IMG/VR virus record: IMGVR_UViG_3300008261_000547
Location: 1-24,651 of that record
Length of the DNA stretch: 24,651 nt
Reading direction: 5' to 3' (one strand)
From: a virus
Taxonomy: Duplodnaviria; Caudoviricetes
This document shows positions 1 to 8,830 of this stretch, piece after piece; position 1 is the first letter of the stretch; each line of letters begins with the position of its first letter. The notes beneath the pieces are model-generated. The model saw only the letters and a list, made by a program, of their open reading frames with translations. It searched no databases and was not told the DNA's origin. A program made the translations under genes and the position numbers.

Positions 1-1
1 A

Positions 2-481
2 TTTGAAAGCTCTTTTGTCCGTTATACATTTGATAAACCAGACCTTACTCAAGAAGAAGTAGATCAATACATTGTTCTAGCTACTGAAGTAGTACTCTAT
101 GCTAATATTCAAGAGACAATTCAAACTCTTCAAAATCAAATTGATGTAGAAATTGATGGCGGCGGCAAATTGCCAATGGCTCTCATTGAAGCAATCAGTG
201 GAGCAAGAGACGAATATAACCAATCGACCATTCGCCAGCAAAAACTTCTTAATGACCTTAAGGTAAAGCGAAGTGATCGTCTTAGCAAGCAAATAAAAGA
301 AAACGCCAGTATCCTTAATCTAGTTCAAATGTGGAAAGAAGAAGAATCTCGTATGCAATTATTAAAACTTGCTGAAAGGAGAAAGGCGATGGTAAAGAAT
401 GAAATAGATCGCCTCTCTACAATGGATGAAATCAAGTGCCGTATCTTAGGAATTTCAGAGGACGAGGTGTTAAATGGCTGA
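2..481 (+). CDS. 5'-truncated helical/coiled-coil phage protein upstream of the terminase (possible small terminase subunit)
   Basis: The frame is open from base 2 (FESSFVRYTFDKPDLTQEEVDQYIVL...), so the listed start at 170 is internal. It ends at TGA 479-481, overlapping the next ATG at 474. The TerS call rests on position only. Confidence 0.6.
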   Translation, partial: FESSFVRYTFDKPDLTQEEVDQYIVLATEVVLYANIQETIQTLQNQIDVEIDGGGKLPMALIEAISGARDEYNQSTIRQQKLLNDLKVKRSDRLSKQIKENASILNLVQMWKEEESRMQLLKLAERRKAMVKNEIDRLSTMDEIKCRILGISEDEVLNG

Positions 482-1412
482 AACATGTAAAATATGTCAA
501 AAGGCTTATGAGGTAGATGCAGACTTTAATCGCCATCTCAAAGCTCACAAACTAAGAGTAATAGAGTACTATCAACAACATCATCCTCGCTATGATGCTT
601 TCGATAACTCCATAATTATTTACAAGAATAAAGAGCAGTACTTTAATACTGACTTCAACAATAAAAATAATCTAAAAAACTGGCTCAAAGCTCAATCACT
701 AGAGAAACAGAAAGAGTACTGCAAAGACTTTCTCATCAAGAGAAAAGAAAAGAAAGGTCTAGAATATACTCCATCTCAAGTTGAGCTTCGCAGCGTCTTA
801 AGCCCGAGCGTTATTTACTTACAAGAAATTTTTGGTGATTATTATCAGTTCGCTGGAGATCTTGGATTTAAAAATAAATACATATACCCAGAGAGTTTAG
901 ATAATTTAGCACCATTACAAACCAAAGGGTCAATCATTTACATTGATACCCGAGAGCAGAAGCCGTTTATATTTAATATGGCATCTGAAGTTCGTACTCT
1001 TAAGTTTGGAGACTATGGGTTTAGTCATCCAAGTTATGATGGCAAGCTTTACTTTGAGAGAAAGTCTATTTCTGATTTCATTGGAACACTAAGCGCCGGT
1101 TACGAAAGGTTTTGTCGAGAGATTGAGAAAGCCAGCGAAGCCAAAGCTAACATGGTTATCATTGTAGAAGAGAGTTTAAGTAATGCTCTGTCTTTTAATT
1201 ATCTTCCTCATGTATACAAGAAGGCTACAAAGGTAAACCCTGAGTTTATATTCCATAATGTCAGAGAGTTGATTCAGAAATATCCCCATGTGCAATTCTT
1301 ATTTGCAAAGGGGCGCAAAGAGTCCGTTCGCATTATTGAAAAGATGTTCTCTACTGATGAGAACTTCTTTAAATACGATCTCCAGCTTTGCTACGACCTA
1401 AAAATGCTATAA
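474..1412 (+). CDS. C2H2 zinc finger + ERCC4/XPF-family nuclease
   Basis: N-terminal CKIC-x12-HLKAH. C-terminal IDTREQ...GDY...ERKSISD matches the ERCC4 D-x-RE / GD-xn-ERK-x3-D signature. Confidence 0.85.
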   Translation: MAETCKICQKAYEVDADFNRHLKAHKLRVIEYYQQHHPRYDAFDNSIIIYKNKEQYFNTDFNNKNNLKNWLKAQSLEKQKEYCKDFLIKRKEKKGLEYTPSQVELRSVLSPSVIYLQEIFGDYYQFAGDLGFKNKYIYPESLDNLAPLQTKGSIIYIDTREQKPFIFNMASEVRTLKFGDYGFSHPSYDGKLYFERKSISDFIGTLSAGYERFCREIEKASEAKANMVIIVEESLSNALSFNYLPHVYKKATKVNPEFIFHNVRELIQKYPHVQFLFAKGRKESVRIIEKMFSTDENFFKYDLQLCYDLKML

Positions 1413-1413
1413 T

Positions 1414-3255
1414 ATGTGGTATACCCCAGAGAAATACAATAGAATAATCCCAAATCTAAATGATGAATATTCTAGATTAAAAGATACTCTTGAAGATAAG
1501 GAAGCTAAGATAACTTTAGCTAAGTTTTTGCGTTCAAATATAGGGATAACTACAGAGCTAATTTCTGGTATAAAATTATGGCCTTATCAAGAGATTGTAA
1601 TTAAAGGAATGTTGAACCGAAACTTCTGCATGAACGTGTGGGGTCGCGGTGCTTCTAAATCTTTCTCTGCTGCGGTGTTTTGTTTCCTACAATGCATCTT
1701 TGAACCTAAGAGTAAAATCTTAATTGCTGGTCCAACCTTCAGAACAGCAAGAAGCATCTTCAATTCAATAGAAAAGATTACCGAATCTAAAGGCGCAGAC
1801 CTTTTGATGCAAGCATTTGGCGCAAAGTCAAAGCGTAATGATGAATACGACTGGTCAATTAACGAAGGTTCAATAAAAGCTATTCCTCTAAGCGGCGAAA
1901 AGATTCGTGGTTTCCGCGCTAATGTTCTTGTGCTAGACGAATTCTTGTTATTGCCAGAAGATATCATCAAAAATGTATTAATGCCCTTCTTGATTGTTCC
2001 TCAAGACATTAAAGAACGTATTAGTATTCGCGAACAAGAGAATGAATTAATTGCACAAGGCGCAATGACTGAAGCTGACCGCATGGAGTTCAAGAATACT
2101 TCCAAAATGATCGCTCTGTCTTCTGCTTCTTATACTTTTGAGAATCTCTATAAGACTTATAAAGAGTGGTGCGATAATATTTATTCAAAGGAGCCAACAA
2201 GTGCTACTTATTTTGTTTCTCAATTAAGTTATGAGTCTCTTCCTCCAGAGATGATAGATTCTTCAATTACAGAAGAGGCGCAAAACGGTGGATCTTCTCA
2301 CGCTTCTTTCTTGAGAGAGTATTGCGCTCAATTTACTGATGGTAGCGACTCTTACTTCAGCATGAAGAAGATGGAAGAATGTACTCTTAAGTTTGAAGAG
2401 AGACCTCACTCCCAAATTAGAGGAGATAGCGGCAAGCAATATATCTTAGCAATGGACCCCAACATGAGCGACAGTCCAAATGCTGACTATTTTGCAATGG
2501 CTATTTTGGAAATAGACAGAGAAAACAAAAATGACGTTCTCGTTCATGCTTATGCTGGTCTTGGCAGTTTAAATACTCACATTAAATACTTTCATTACTT
2601 AATGACTAGCTTTAATATTGTTTATATCATATGTGATAATGCTGGTGCTGATATTTTCTTCAACACTTATAATGAATCTCAGTTTGTAAATTCAGAATCT
2701 GAGAAGATTAAGTTTATTGACTTCGATTCCGATCTTGAAGGTATTGAATACACAAAGATGGTTCAGAAAGCCAAGAGTCAATATAACCTTGAAAATAAAC
2801 AAATAGCAGTAACTCAAGTATTCACTACTACCTTCATTAGAAGAGGTAATGAAAATCTACAAGCGGCAATTGACTATAAGAAAATCTGGTTTGCTTCAAA
2901 GACAGTAGCCAACGAGACCTTCTTTAATGAAGAAATAAATAAGAGAATACCAGAAGAAATAATCTTCGTAGAAGAAAGTAAAGACTGGAACAAGTTAGAT
3001 CTAATTGAACACCAAGATTTGCTTGTCTATAACACTAAGAAGCAATGCTCGCTAGTTGAGTTCACTACTAGTAGCCGTGGGTCTGTTAATTTTGACCTTC
3101 CTCAACACTTAAAGCGTTCCAATTCTCCTAATAGAGCAAGAAAAGATAATTATACTGCTTTAATGTTAGCTAAATGGGGCTCCAAATGCTATAATGACAT
3201 TATGACTACTGAAAATAAAATAGTAGCTGCGGGATTTACACCAATTTTAATTTAA
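1414..3255 (+). CDS. terL: Terminase large subunit
   Basis: Adenine-binding LWPYQ, Walker A WGRGASKS, IRGFRA followed by Walker B VLVLDE, FLREYCAQF, RNase H-like ILAMDP and C-terminal KDNYTAL. 613 aa. Confidence 0.95.
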   Translation: MWYTPEKYNRIIPNLNDEYSRLKDTLEDKEAKITLAKFLRSNIGITTELISGIKLWPYQEIVIKGMLNRNFCMNVWGRGASKSFSAAVFCFLQCIFEPKSKILIAGPTFRTARSIFNSIEKITESKGADLLMQAFGAKSKRNDEYDWSINEGSIKAIPLSGEKIRGFRANVLVLDEFLLLPEDIIKNVLMPFLIVPQDIKERISIREQENELIAQGAMTEADRMEFKNTSKMIALSSASYTFENLYKTYKEWCDNIYSKEPTSATYFVSQLSYESLPPEMIDSSITEEAQNGGSSHASFLREYCAQFTDGSDSYFSMKKMEECTLKFEERPHSQIRGDSGKQYILAMDPNMSDSPNADYFAMAILEIDRENKNDVLVHAYAGLGSLNTHIKYFHYLMTSFNIVYIICDNAGADIFFNTYNESQFVNSESEKIKFIDFDSDLEGIEYTKMVQKAKSQYNLENKQIAVTQVFTTTFIRRGNENLQAAIDYKKIWFASKTVANETFFNEEINKRIPEEIIFVEESKDWNKLDLIEHQDLLVYNTKKQCSLVEFTTSSRGSVNFDLPQHLKRSNSPNRARKDNYTALMLAKWGSKCYNDIMTTENKIVAAGFTPILI

Positions 3256-3258
3256 AAT

Positions 3259-3276
3259 GTGTAATTAATTATTAGG
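3259..3276 (+). promoter_or_regulatory. Putative late promoter motif GTGTAATTAATTATTAGG
   Basis: Intergenic, just before the portal ATG. Matches the copy at 12509 at 16 of 18 positions. Confidence 0.6.
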
Positions 3277-3279
3277 CTT

Positions 3280-5098
3280 ATGGCAAAGGTTAAAAAAGAC
3301 AAAGTTGCGGAAAATTCTTTCGCCCCAATGATGGTAGAAGGCTCTACTCCTGCTCATGGCGGAGTAGCAAGCAGAGTTACCGAAACGAGGAGCCGCAGAA
3401 ACGCCGCATCAACCATTGAGAGAACAGATCGTTTTCGCAATATTGATGACGGTATGGTGCCATTTAATTATGCCACTGGTTATAATTATAATAAATCAAA
3501 TATTGATGTACGAGATACAGTAATCCTTTGCCAAAAAGCCTACTATAACTTTGGTTTATTTAGAAATACTATTGATCTAATGTCAGAGCTTTCTTGCGGC
3601 AATATTCATCTTAAAGGTGGGAATAAAAGCGCAAGAGATTTCTTCCAAGCCTTATTTAATAAGATAAATATTACTGCTCTTCAAGACAAGTTCTTTAGAG
3701 AGTATTATCGTTCTGGCAATGTTTTCATTTATAGGTATGACACTGACATTAGACAAGAAGATGTGTCTAAAATTAGCCAAGTTTTCGGGTCACAAGCTTT
3801 GGCGGCAAAAATTTCTTTACCTGCTAGATACATAATCATTAATCCAGCAGACGTTCAGGTTAATGGTAATTTGTCTTTTAATAGAGGACAGTATTATAAG
3901 GTTCTAACTGACTACGAGCTTGAGCAAATTAGAAATCCAAGAACAGAAGAAGACAAAGAGATACTAGATTCTCTTGATCCATTGGTTAAAGAGCAAGTTC
4001 TAAAAGGAAAAGCTACAGCAGTTCTATTACATTTAGATACTAAGAAGTTCTACGCCGTATTCTACAAGAAACAAGATTACGAACCCTTCGCTGTACCAAT
4101 GGGTTTTCCTGTTCTTGAAGATATTAGCGCAAAAATAGAAATGCGCCGTATGGACATGGCTCTTACAAGAACGATTCAGCAAGTGATCCTTCTTGTCACA
4201 ATGGGCGCAGAGCCAGATAAAGGTGGAGTAAACCAAGAGAACTTAAAGACGATGCAAAATTTATTTGCGAATCAGTCTATTGGAAGAGTCTTGATTGCCG
4301 ATTATACTACAAAAGCAGAATTCGTTATTCCTCAAATTGCTGATATCCTAGATCCAAAGAAATACGAGATCATCGATAAAGATATCAATATTGGCTTAAA
4401 TAATGTGCTTGTTGGTAATGAAAAATTCGCTAATGCTAGTACAAAAGTATCTCTATTAGGGCAGAAATTATTACAGGCTCGCCAAGCTTTTATTACTGAC
4501 TTCTTGTTGCCAGAAGTTAAGAGAATTTCTAAAGAAATAGGGTTCAAAGTATTCCCAACTCCATTCTTTGAAGATATGGATCTTAAGAGTGATCAAAATC
4601 TTAACAGAATTTACACTCGCCTTATTGAACTTGGAGTTCTTACTCCTGAAGAAGGTCTTAAAGCTATTGAAACTGGAGTATTGCCTACTCCAGATGAGTC
4701 AGTACAATCTCAAACTGCTTTTGTTGACTTAAAAGATAAAGGATATTATCAGCCTTTAATCGGTGGACCAAAAATAGATGCAGCCGGTAGACCAGCAGGA
4801 AGCACAGGCATCAAGCAAACTACAAAAAATGTAAAGCCAATCGGCACCTCTTCTAAAGCTAATTACAGTGTCATGAAATTAAAAGACATTGTAGAAGCTA
4901 CAAAAAGAAGTAGTACTTGATATCACTAAAGTTATTGTCGCAAACGAAGATCAATCTAATTGGGTCTCCAAAATAGGAGAATACATTGAAACTCCTGTAG
5001 ATAAAAACCCAAAGAGAATAGAAGAGATTCATAATATCGCTTGCGAGCATCAAGTTGATTCTTACATGGCTAGTTTGCTCTATCATAGCAAAATCTAA
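3280..5098 (+). CDS. Portal protein, frameshifted near 4900 (0 frame stops at 4920; apparent C-terminus in +1 frame, 4901-5098)
   Basis: Follows terL, about 550-600 aa, with portal-like segments (FRNTIDLMSELS, FFREYYRSGNVF, LIELGVLTPEE). The +1 frame reads QKEVVLDITKVIVANEDQSNW...MASLLYHSKI* and ends in TAATG coupled to the next gene. Confidence 0.85.
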
Positions 5099-6372
5099 TG
5101 GCTACAAACAGAGTAATATATAATAACGAATTGCTATTCGTTGGACCTGCTCCAGCGAGTGGCTATTTTTTCTCTGACCCTAACGGCAACCTGCTCAGAA
5201 CTGGGGTTTATAATTTAATTCAGCCCCTTAAAAGAATTAATCAATTTAGTTATCAGATAAATACTCAATCTTCTAGGTTCTCAGAGATAGGAAATGCTTC
5301 TACTGTTTATGATTATACTTTAAATCCTCCTGATATTAGCCTTAGTTTCAATTACAACATTAAAGATTTGCGAAACGAAGCTAGAATGGGCTTCTATGTT
5401 GATCTTGGGCCTCCTAATTTAGATCAATTTGATGGTGGGCAAGTTTTTCCTAGTGGTAATTTATTGTCTGGGTTTTCTTTTGGAGACCAGAACTATTCAT
5501 TCAACTCTGATTTAACTCAAGCCACAAACAACACATTTAAGTATCCTTTTAAATACAGAGATCAGCGCAATCTATTTTTAACAATTACTCCAAATAATAC
5601 AGATGCAATTGGCAACAGTATTTCTGGGTTTCCAGTCTTAGCTTTCGGTAATTGCTATATTACTTCTTATGGAGTTCAAGCTCAAGTTAACGATTTCCCT
5701 AAAGCTACAGTAAATTATGCAGCACATAATGTGTTGTATTACTCTTCTGGAATAAACGTAGTTTCTCCGTATTTAGAACCAAAGAGCGGAACATTAAATA
5801 CCGGCATAACGTTTAATATTCCAACTTATAATACAGCTTTTGAGGAAACTGGAAATGCAATTTCTGTTTTGCTCCCCGGCGATATCGTGATTGACATTTA
5901 TGACGCTAATTCAACATCTAAAAACAAGTCTAATCTAATAATCCAAGATGCCGCTATACAAAGTTTTAATTTTAATATCCCTTTAGAAAGAGAACCATTA
6001 AAAACATTGGGCTATGTTTACCCAGTAGATCGCCAAATAAACACTCCAATTACTGTAGAAGGCTCTTTCTCTACAATATATAGAAACTTAAACTATTCAG
6101 GCAATCTTTTGTCAGATATAAAATCAGAATCTAAATACGACATCTCAATCAAGATGAATAAGAGTTCCGAAACTATTATTCGCTACGATATTAGAGGAGC
6201 TAAATTTAAAGACTTATCTTATGACTCTTCAATCGGTTCAAATGCTGTTTTAGATTTTAGTTTTTACTGTGATATGGACATGAATTCTTATCCTCATCCT
6301 AATGGTTTATTTATGAGTGGATTATTAAAAGGATTAAGTTACACAAACTTTAATACAAATGGGCCATTATAA
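5098..6372 (+). CDS. Virion structural protein, tail-tube-like
   Basis: 424-aa beta-rich protein. The QSFNFNIPLEREPLKTLG...PITVEGSF pattern resembles tail-tube proteins. Translationally coupled to the portal's +1 tail. Confidence 0.45.
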   Translation: MATNRVIYNNELLFVGPAPASGYFFSDPNGNLLRTGVYNLIQPLKRINQFSYQINTQSSRFSEIGNASTVYDYTLNPPDISLSFNYNIKDLRNEARMGFYVDLGPPNLDQFDGGQVFPSGNLLSGFSFGDQNYSFNSDLTQATNNTFKYPFKYRDQRNLFLTITPNNTDAIGNSISGFPVLAFGNCYITSYGVQAQVNDFPKATVNYAAHNVLYYSSGINVVSPYLEPKSGTLNTGITFNIPTYNTAFEETGNAISVLLPGDIVIDIYDANSTSKNKSNLIIQDAAIQSFNFNIPLEREPLKTLGYVYPVDRQINTPITVEGSFSTIYRNLNYSGNLLSDIKSESKYDISIKMNKSSETIIRYDIRGAKFKDLSYDSSIGSNAVLDFSFYCDMDMNSYPHPNGLFMSGLLKGLSYTNFNTNGPL

Positions 6373-6394
6373 TTTCCTTAATTACTAATTTTTA

Positions 6395-6410
6395 GTGTAT
6401 AAATAATAAG
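6395..6410 (+). promoter_or_regulatory. Putative late promoter GTGTATAAATAATAAG
   Basis: Intergenic variant of the 3259/12509 motif. Contains the T4-like late box TATAAATA. Confidence 0.5.
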
Positions 6411-6419
6411 CTGCAAATT

Positions 6420-6989
6420 ATGAATCTAGAAGGTTTAGAAATAGAAATTATAGAATCAAAGAGGTCTGGGCCTAAAAGCTCCGCTCAGACCCCTGCTAAA
6501 CCTTCTGAAAGACGCAGCGGTTCTTCTAAAAATCCTTCTGGCAGCGCAGGAACAAAAAGCGATAAAGCAATAGAGTTTTCTGCTAAAGTAGTTGAAGCTT
6601 TAAAGTCTAAAGTTAGAGAGCATAACAGTAAATACTCTAAGAAAATAAGCTTAAGTCAATTAAAGAAAGTTTATCGTAGAGGCGCTGGAGCTTTTAGTTC
6701 TAGTCATAGACCCGGAAAGACGAGAGGACAATGGGCAATGGCCCGTGTGAACACTTTCTTAAGAATGATGGCTGGTAAAACTGTTAAAGATGCTTATCGC
6801 AAAGCTGATAGCGATATAGCTAGAGCTTCAGAAATTGATGTTACAGGTTCTTGGGAACCAAATGATAGCGATTTTTCTCAAGCGGATAACGATATTCAAG
6901 ACTATAATCTTGATTATGATTTTGAAGATGAGAATGATTTATACTTGGATACAGAACAAGAAAAAGCAAACTGGCTAGAATATATTTAA
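6420..6989 (+). CDS. Hypothetical protein with basic domain (DUF5824-like) and acidic tail; probable head-internal protein
   Basis: LKKVYRRGAGAFSSSHRPGKTRGQWAMARVNTF resembles a viral motif family I recall as DUF5824 (unverified). D/E-rich C-terminus. Confidence 0.6.
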   Translation: MNLEGLEIEIIESKRSGPKSSAQTPAKPSERRSGSSKNPSGSAGTKSDKAIEFSAKVVEALKSKVREHNSKYSKKISLSQLKKVYRRGAGAFSSSHRPGKTRGQWAMARVNTFLRMMAGKTVKDAYRKADSDIARASEIDVTGSWEPNDSDFSQADNDIQDYNLDYDFEDENDLYLDTEQEKANWLEYI

Positions 6990-6990
6990 T

Positions 6991-8166
6991 ATGAAAACCA
7001 AAGAATTAGAAATCGATATTTCTTCTAAAATCGTCGCCGCAGACAAAGAAAAGAAAACATTAAATAAGCCATTCAGGACTCCTGATGGGCCTAAAAAGTT
7101 TTCTGTTTATGTCAAAAATGACAAAGGAAATGTTGTAAAGGTTAACTTTGGTGATCCTAACATGGAGATCAAGAGAGATGACCCTGCTAGAAGAAAAAGT
7201 TTTAGAGCAAGACATGGCTGCGACAAAAACCCCGGACCAAAATGGAAAGCCAAATACTGGTCATGCTATCAATGGAGGGCGGGTTCTCCAGTTAAAGCTT
7301 CAGAAGAGGTCTTTAGTTTAGAAACAGAAGCTGGAAAAGGTCTTTGGCACAATATTCAAAAGAAGAAAGATCGTCTCGGCAAGAACTATAAGCCAGCAAA
7401 GCCCGGAGAAAAAGACTATCCAAAGCAAGACGCTTTAAAGAAAGCTCAAGCTAATGAAGAAGAGTGGGATGGTTTGACTCTTTGGGATCAAAGTGAACTC
7501 TTAAAAATTTGGCCTGATTTATCAAAAGCTGAAGAAATGATGGAACCTGAAGATGAGATGGAATCCGAAGAGAGTGAAATGGAAGAGTACAAGAATGAAT
7601 ATTTAGAAATGTCAATTGGCTCTTTAAATTCTATTAAAACTCATGCAGAGAACATTCTTAATGCTTTAAATGATGAAAAGGTTAAAGAAAATTTAACTGA
7701 GTCATTCTTACAAGGCAAGATTGCTATTACTGAAGATTACATGGTAATGATTCATAACTATGTAATGTTTGCCGAAGAGTCTGAGGCTAATTATATGAGT
7801 TCTGAACCAATGTTTATGGTTGGTCAGAAGGTTCGAAATGTAAACAAGAACTGTTATCATTATGGCAGCGAAGGAATCGTAAAAGAGATCAAAGACTTGC
7901 CAAATCAAATGGGTAAAGTTATTTCATATGAAGTAACTAACGAAGGCCCAACTTATAAAAAGGGAGAAGTCCTAACAAAAACAATGGACCAACTCTCTCG
8001 CGCTCAAGTCTACGCTTCTTACGAAGAAGAGGAAGAGTACAAGTCAATGTGCGAAACAGAGGGTCAAAATTTCAAAGACTTTCTTCAAAAATGTATCCCT
8101 TCTAAAGAGGGAACTGACAAAGAAAAATTCCAATCTTGTTTGTTACAATATAAGAAAAGCAAATAA
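6991..8166 (+). CDS. Modular hypothetical protein, probable prohead core/internal protein
   Basis: String of short modules joined by acidic linkers: VNFGDPNM...RRKSFRARHGC...YWSC, GLWHNIQKKK, a helical bundle, KOW/SH3-like FMVGQKVRNVN, and a C-terminal Cys-containing module. Confidence 0.65.
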   Translation: MKTKELEIDISSKIVAADKEKKTLNKPFRTPDGPKKFSVYVKNDKGNVVKVNFGDPNMEIKRDDPARRKSFRARHGCDKNPGPKWKAKYWSCYQWRAGSPVKASEEVFSLETEAGKGLWHNIQKKKDRLGKNYKPAKPGEKDYPKQDALKKAQANEEEWDGLTLWDQSELLKIWPDLSKAEEMMEPEDEMESEESEMEEYKNEYLEMSIGSLNSIKTHAENILNALNDEKVKENLTESFLQGKIAITEDYMVMIHNYVMFAEESEANYMSSEPMFMVGQKVRNVNKNCYHYGSEGIVKEIKDLPNQMGKVISYEVTNEGPTYKKGEVLTKTMDQLSRAQVYASYEEEEEYKSMCETEGQNFKDFLQKCIPSKEGTDKEKFQSCLLQYKKSK

Positions 8167-8167
8167 T

Positions 8168-8533
8168 ATGAATATTCTATCTTCAATGTTGCAATTTCAA
8201 AACCAAGTAAAGATATTCCATTGGCAAACCTATGGATTTTCTGAGCATGAAGCTTTTGGAGAACTTTATGATTCTTTGTCTGGTCATGTTGATGAATTTG
8301 TAGAGGTTTTCATGGGTAAGTACGGTCGAATTATCGCTAGGGATTCTTTTGCTTTAACTTTGCAAAATTATAAATCCATTAGCCCAGTGCAAGCAATGGA
8401 TGCTTTTATTGGTTTTTTAAGTAATGATTTACCATCTCAATTAGATATTACAAAAGACACAGACTTGCTTAATATTAGAGATGAAATTTTAGCAAGTGTA
8501 AATAAGACTAAATATTTAATAACTTTAAAATAA
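8168..8533 (+). CDS. Dps/ferritin-like four-helix protein (DUF5856-like)
   Basis: KIFHWQTYGFSEHEAFGELYDSLSGHVDEFVE fits the Dps-type HW-x7-H...D-x3-E metal-ligand pattern. 121 aa. Confidence 0.75.
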   Translation: MNILSSMLQFQNQVKIFHWQTYGFSEHEAFGELYDSLSGHVDEFVEVFMGKYGRIIARDSFALTLQNYKSISPVQAMDAFIGFLSNDLPSQLDITKDTDLLNIRDEILASVNKTKYLITLK

Positions 8534-8829
8534 TGAAATCTTTTATTCAAAATGGTATTGCGTCCGTACCAACAACAACTGTTAATTTTACAACAACAGG
8601 TGTTTTGATTCAGCCACCCAATAATGGTAATTCAAGAATTTTCATTACTGATATAAGCACTCAAGCTAACCTTACTTTGGCAAATGCTAATACTGTAGCA
8701 AGCGGAAGTATATTTGCTTATGTAGCTCAAGGCAATTGCAACTATTCTGCTCCTTTGAGAGTCCCAGATAATTCTGGAATAGCTATTGCAACCGCAACCG
8801 TAGGTAGTATTACATATTTTCTAGAATAA
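8533..8829 (+). CDS. Small beta-rich hypothetical protein (probable virion protein)
   Basis: 98 aa, T/N/S/A-rich. TAATG overlap with the upstream gene. Confidence 0.7.
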   Translation: MKSFIQNGIASVPTTTVNFTTTGVLIQPPNNGNSRIFITDISTQANLTLANANTVASGSIFAYVAQGNCNYSAPLRVPDNSGIAIATATVGSITYFLE

Positions 8830-8830
8830 C

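Noticed and set aside
170-172. Listed TTG start of the first ORF
   Set aside because: The frame is open and protein-like back to base 2, so the true start is outside the window.
1414-3255. Intein or intron in terL
   Set aside because: Length and motif spacing are normal, with no intein termini or homing-endonuclease motifs.
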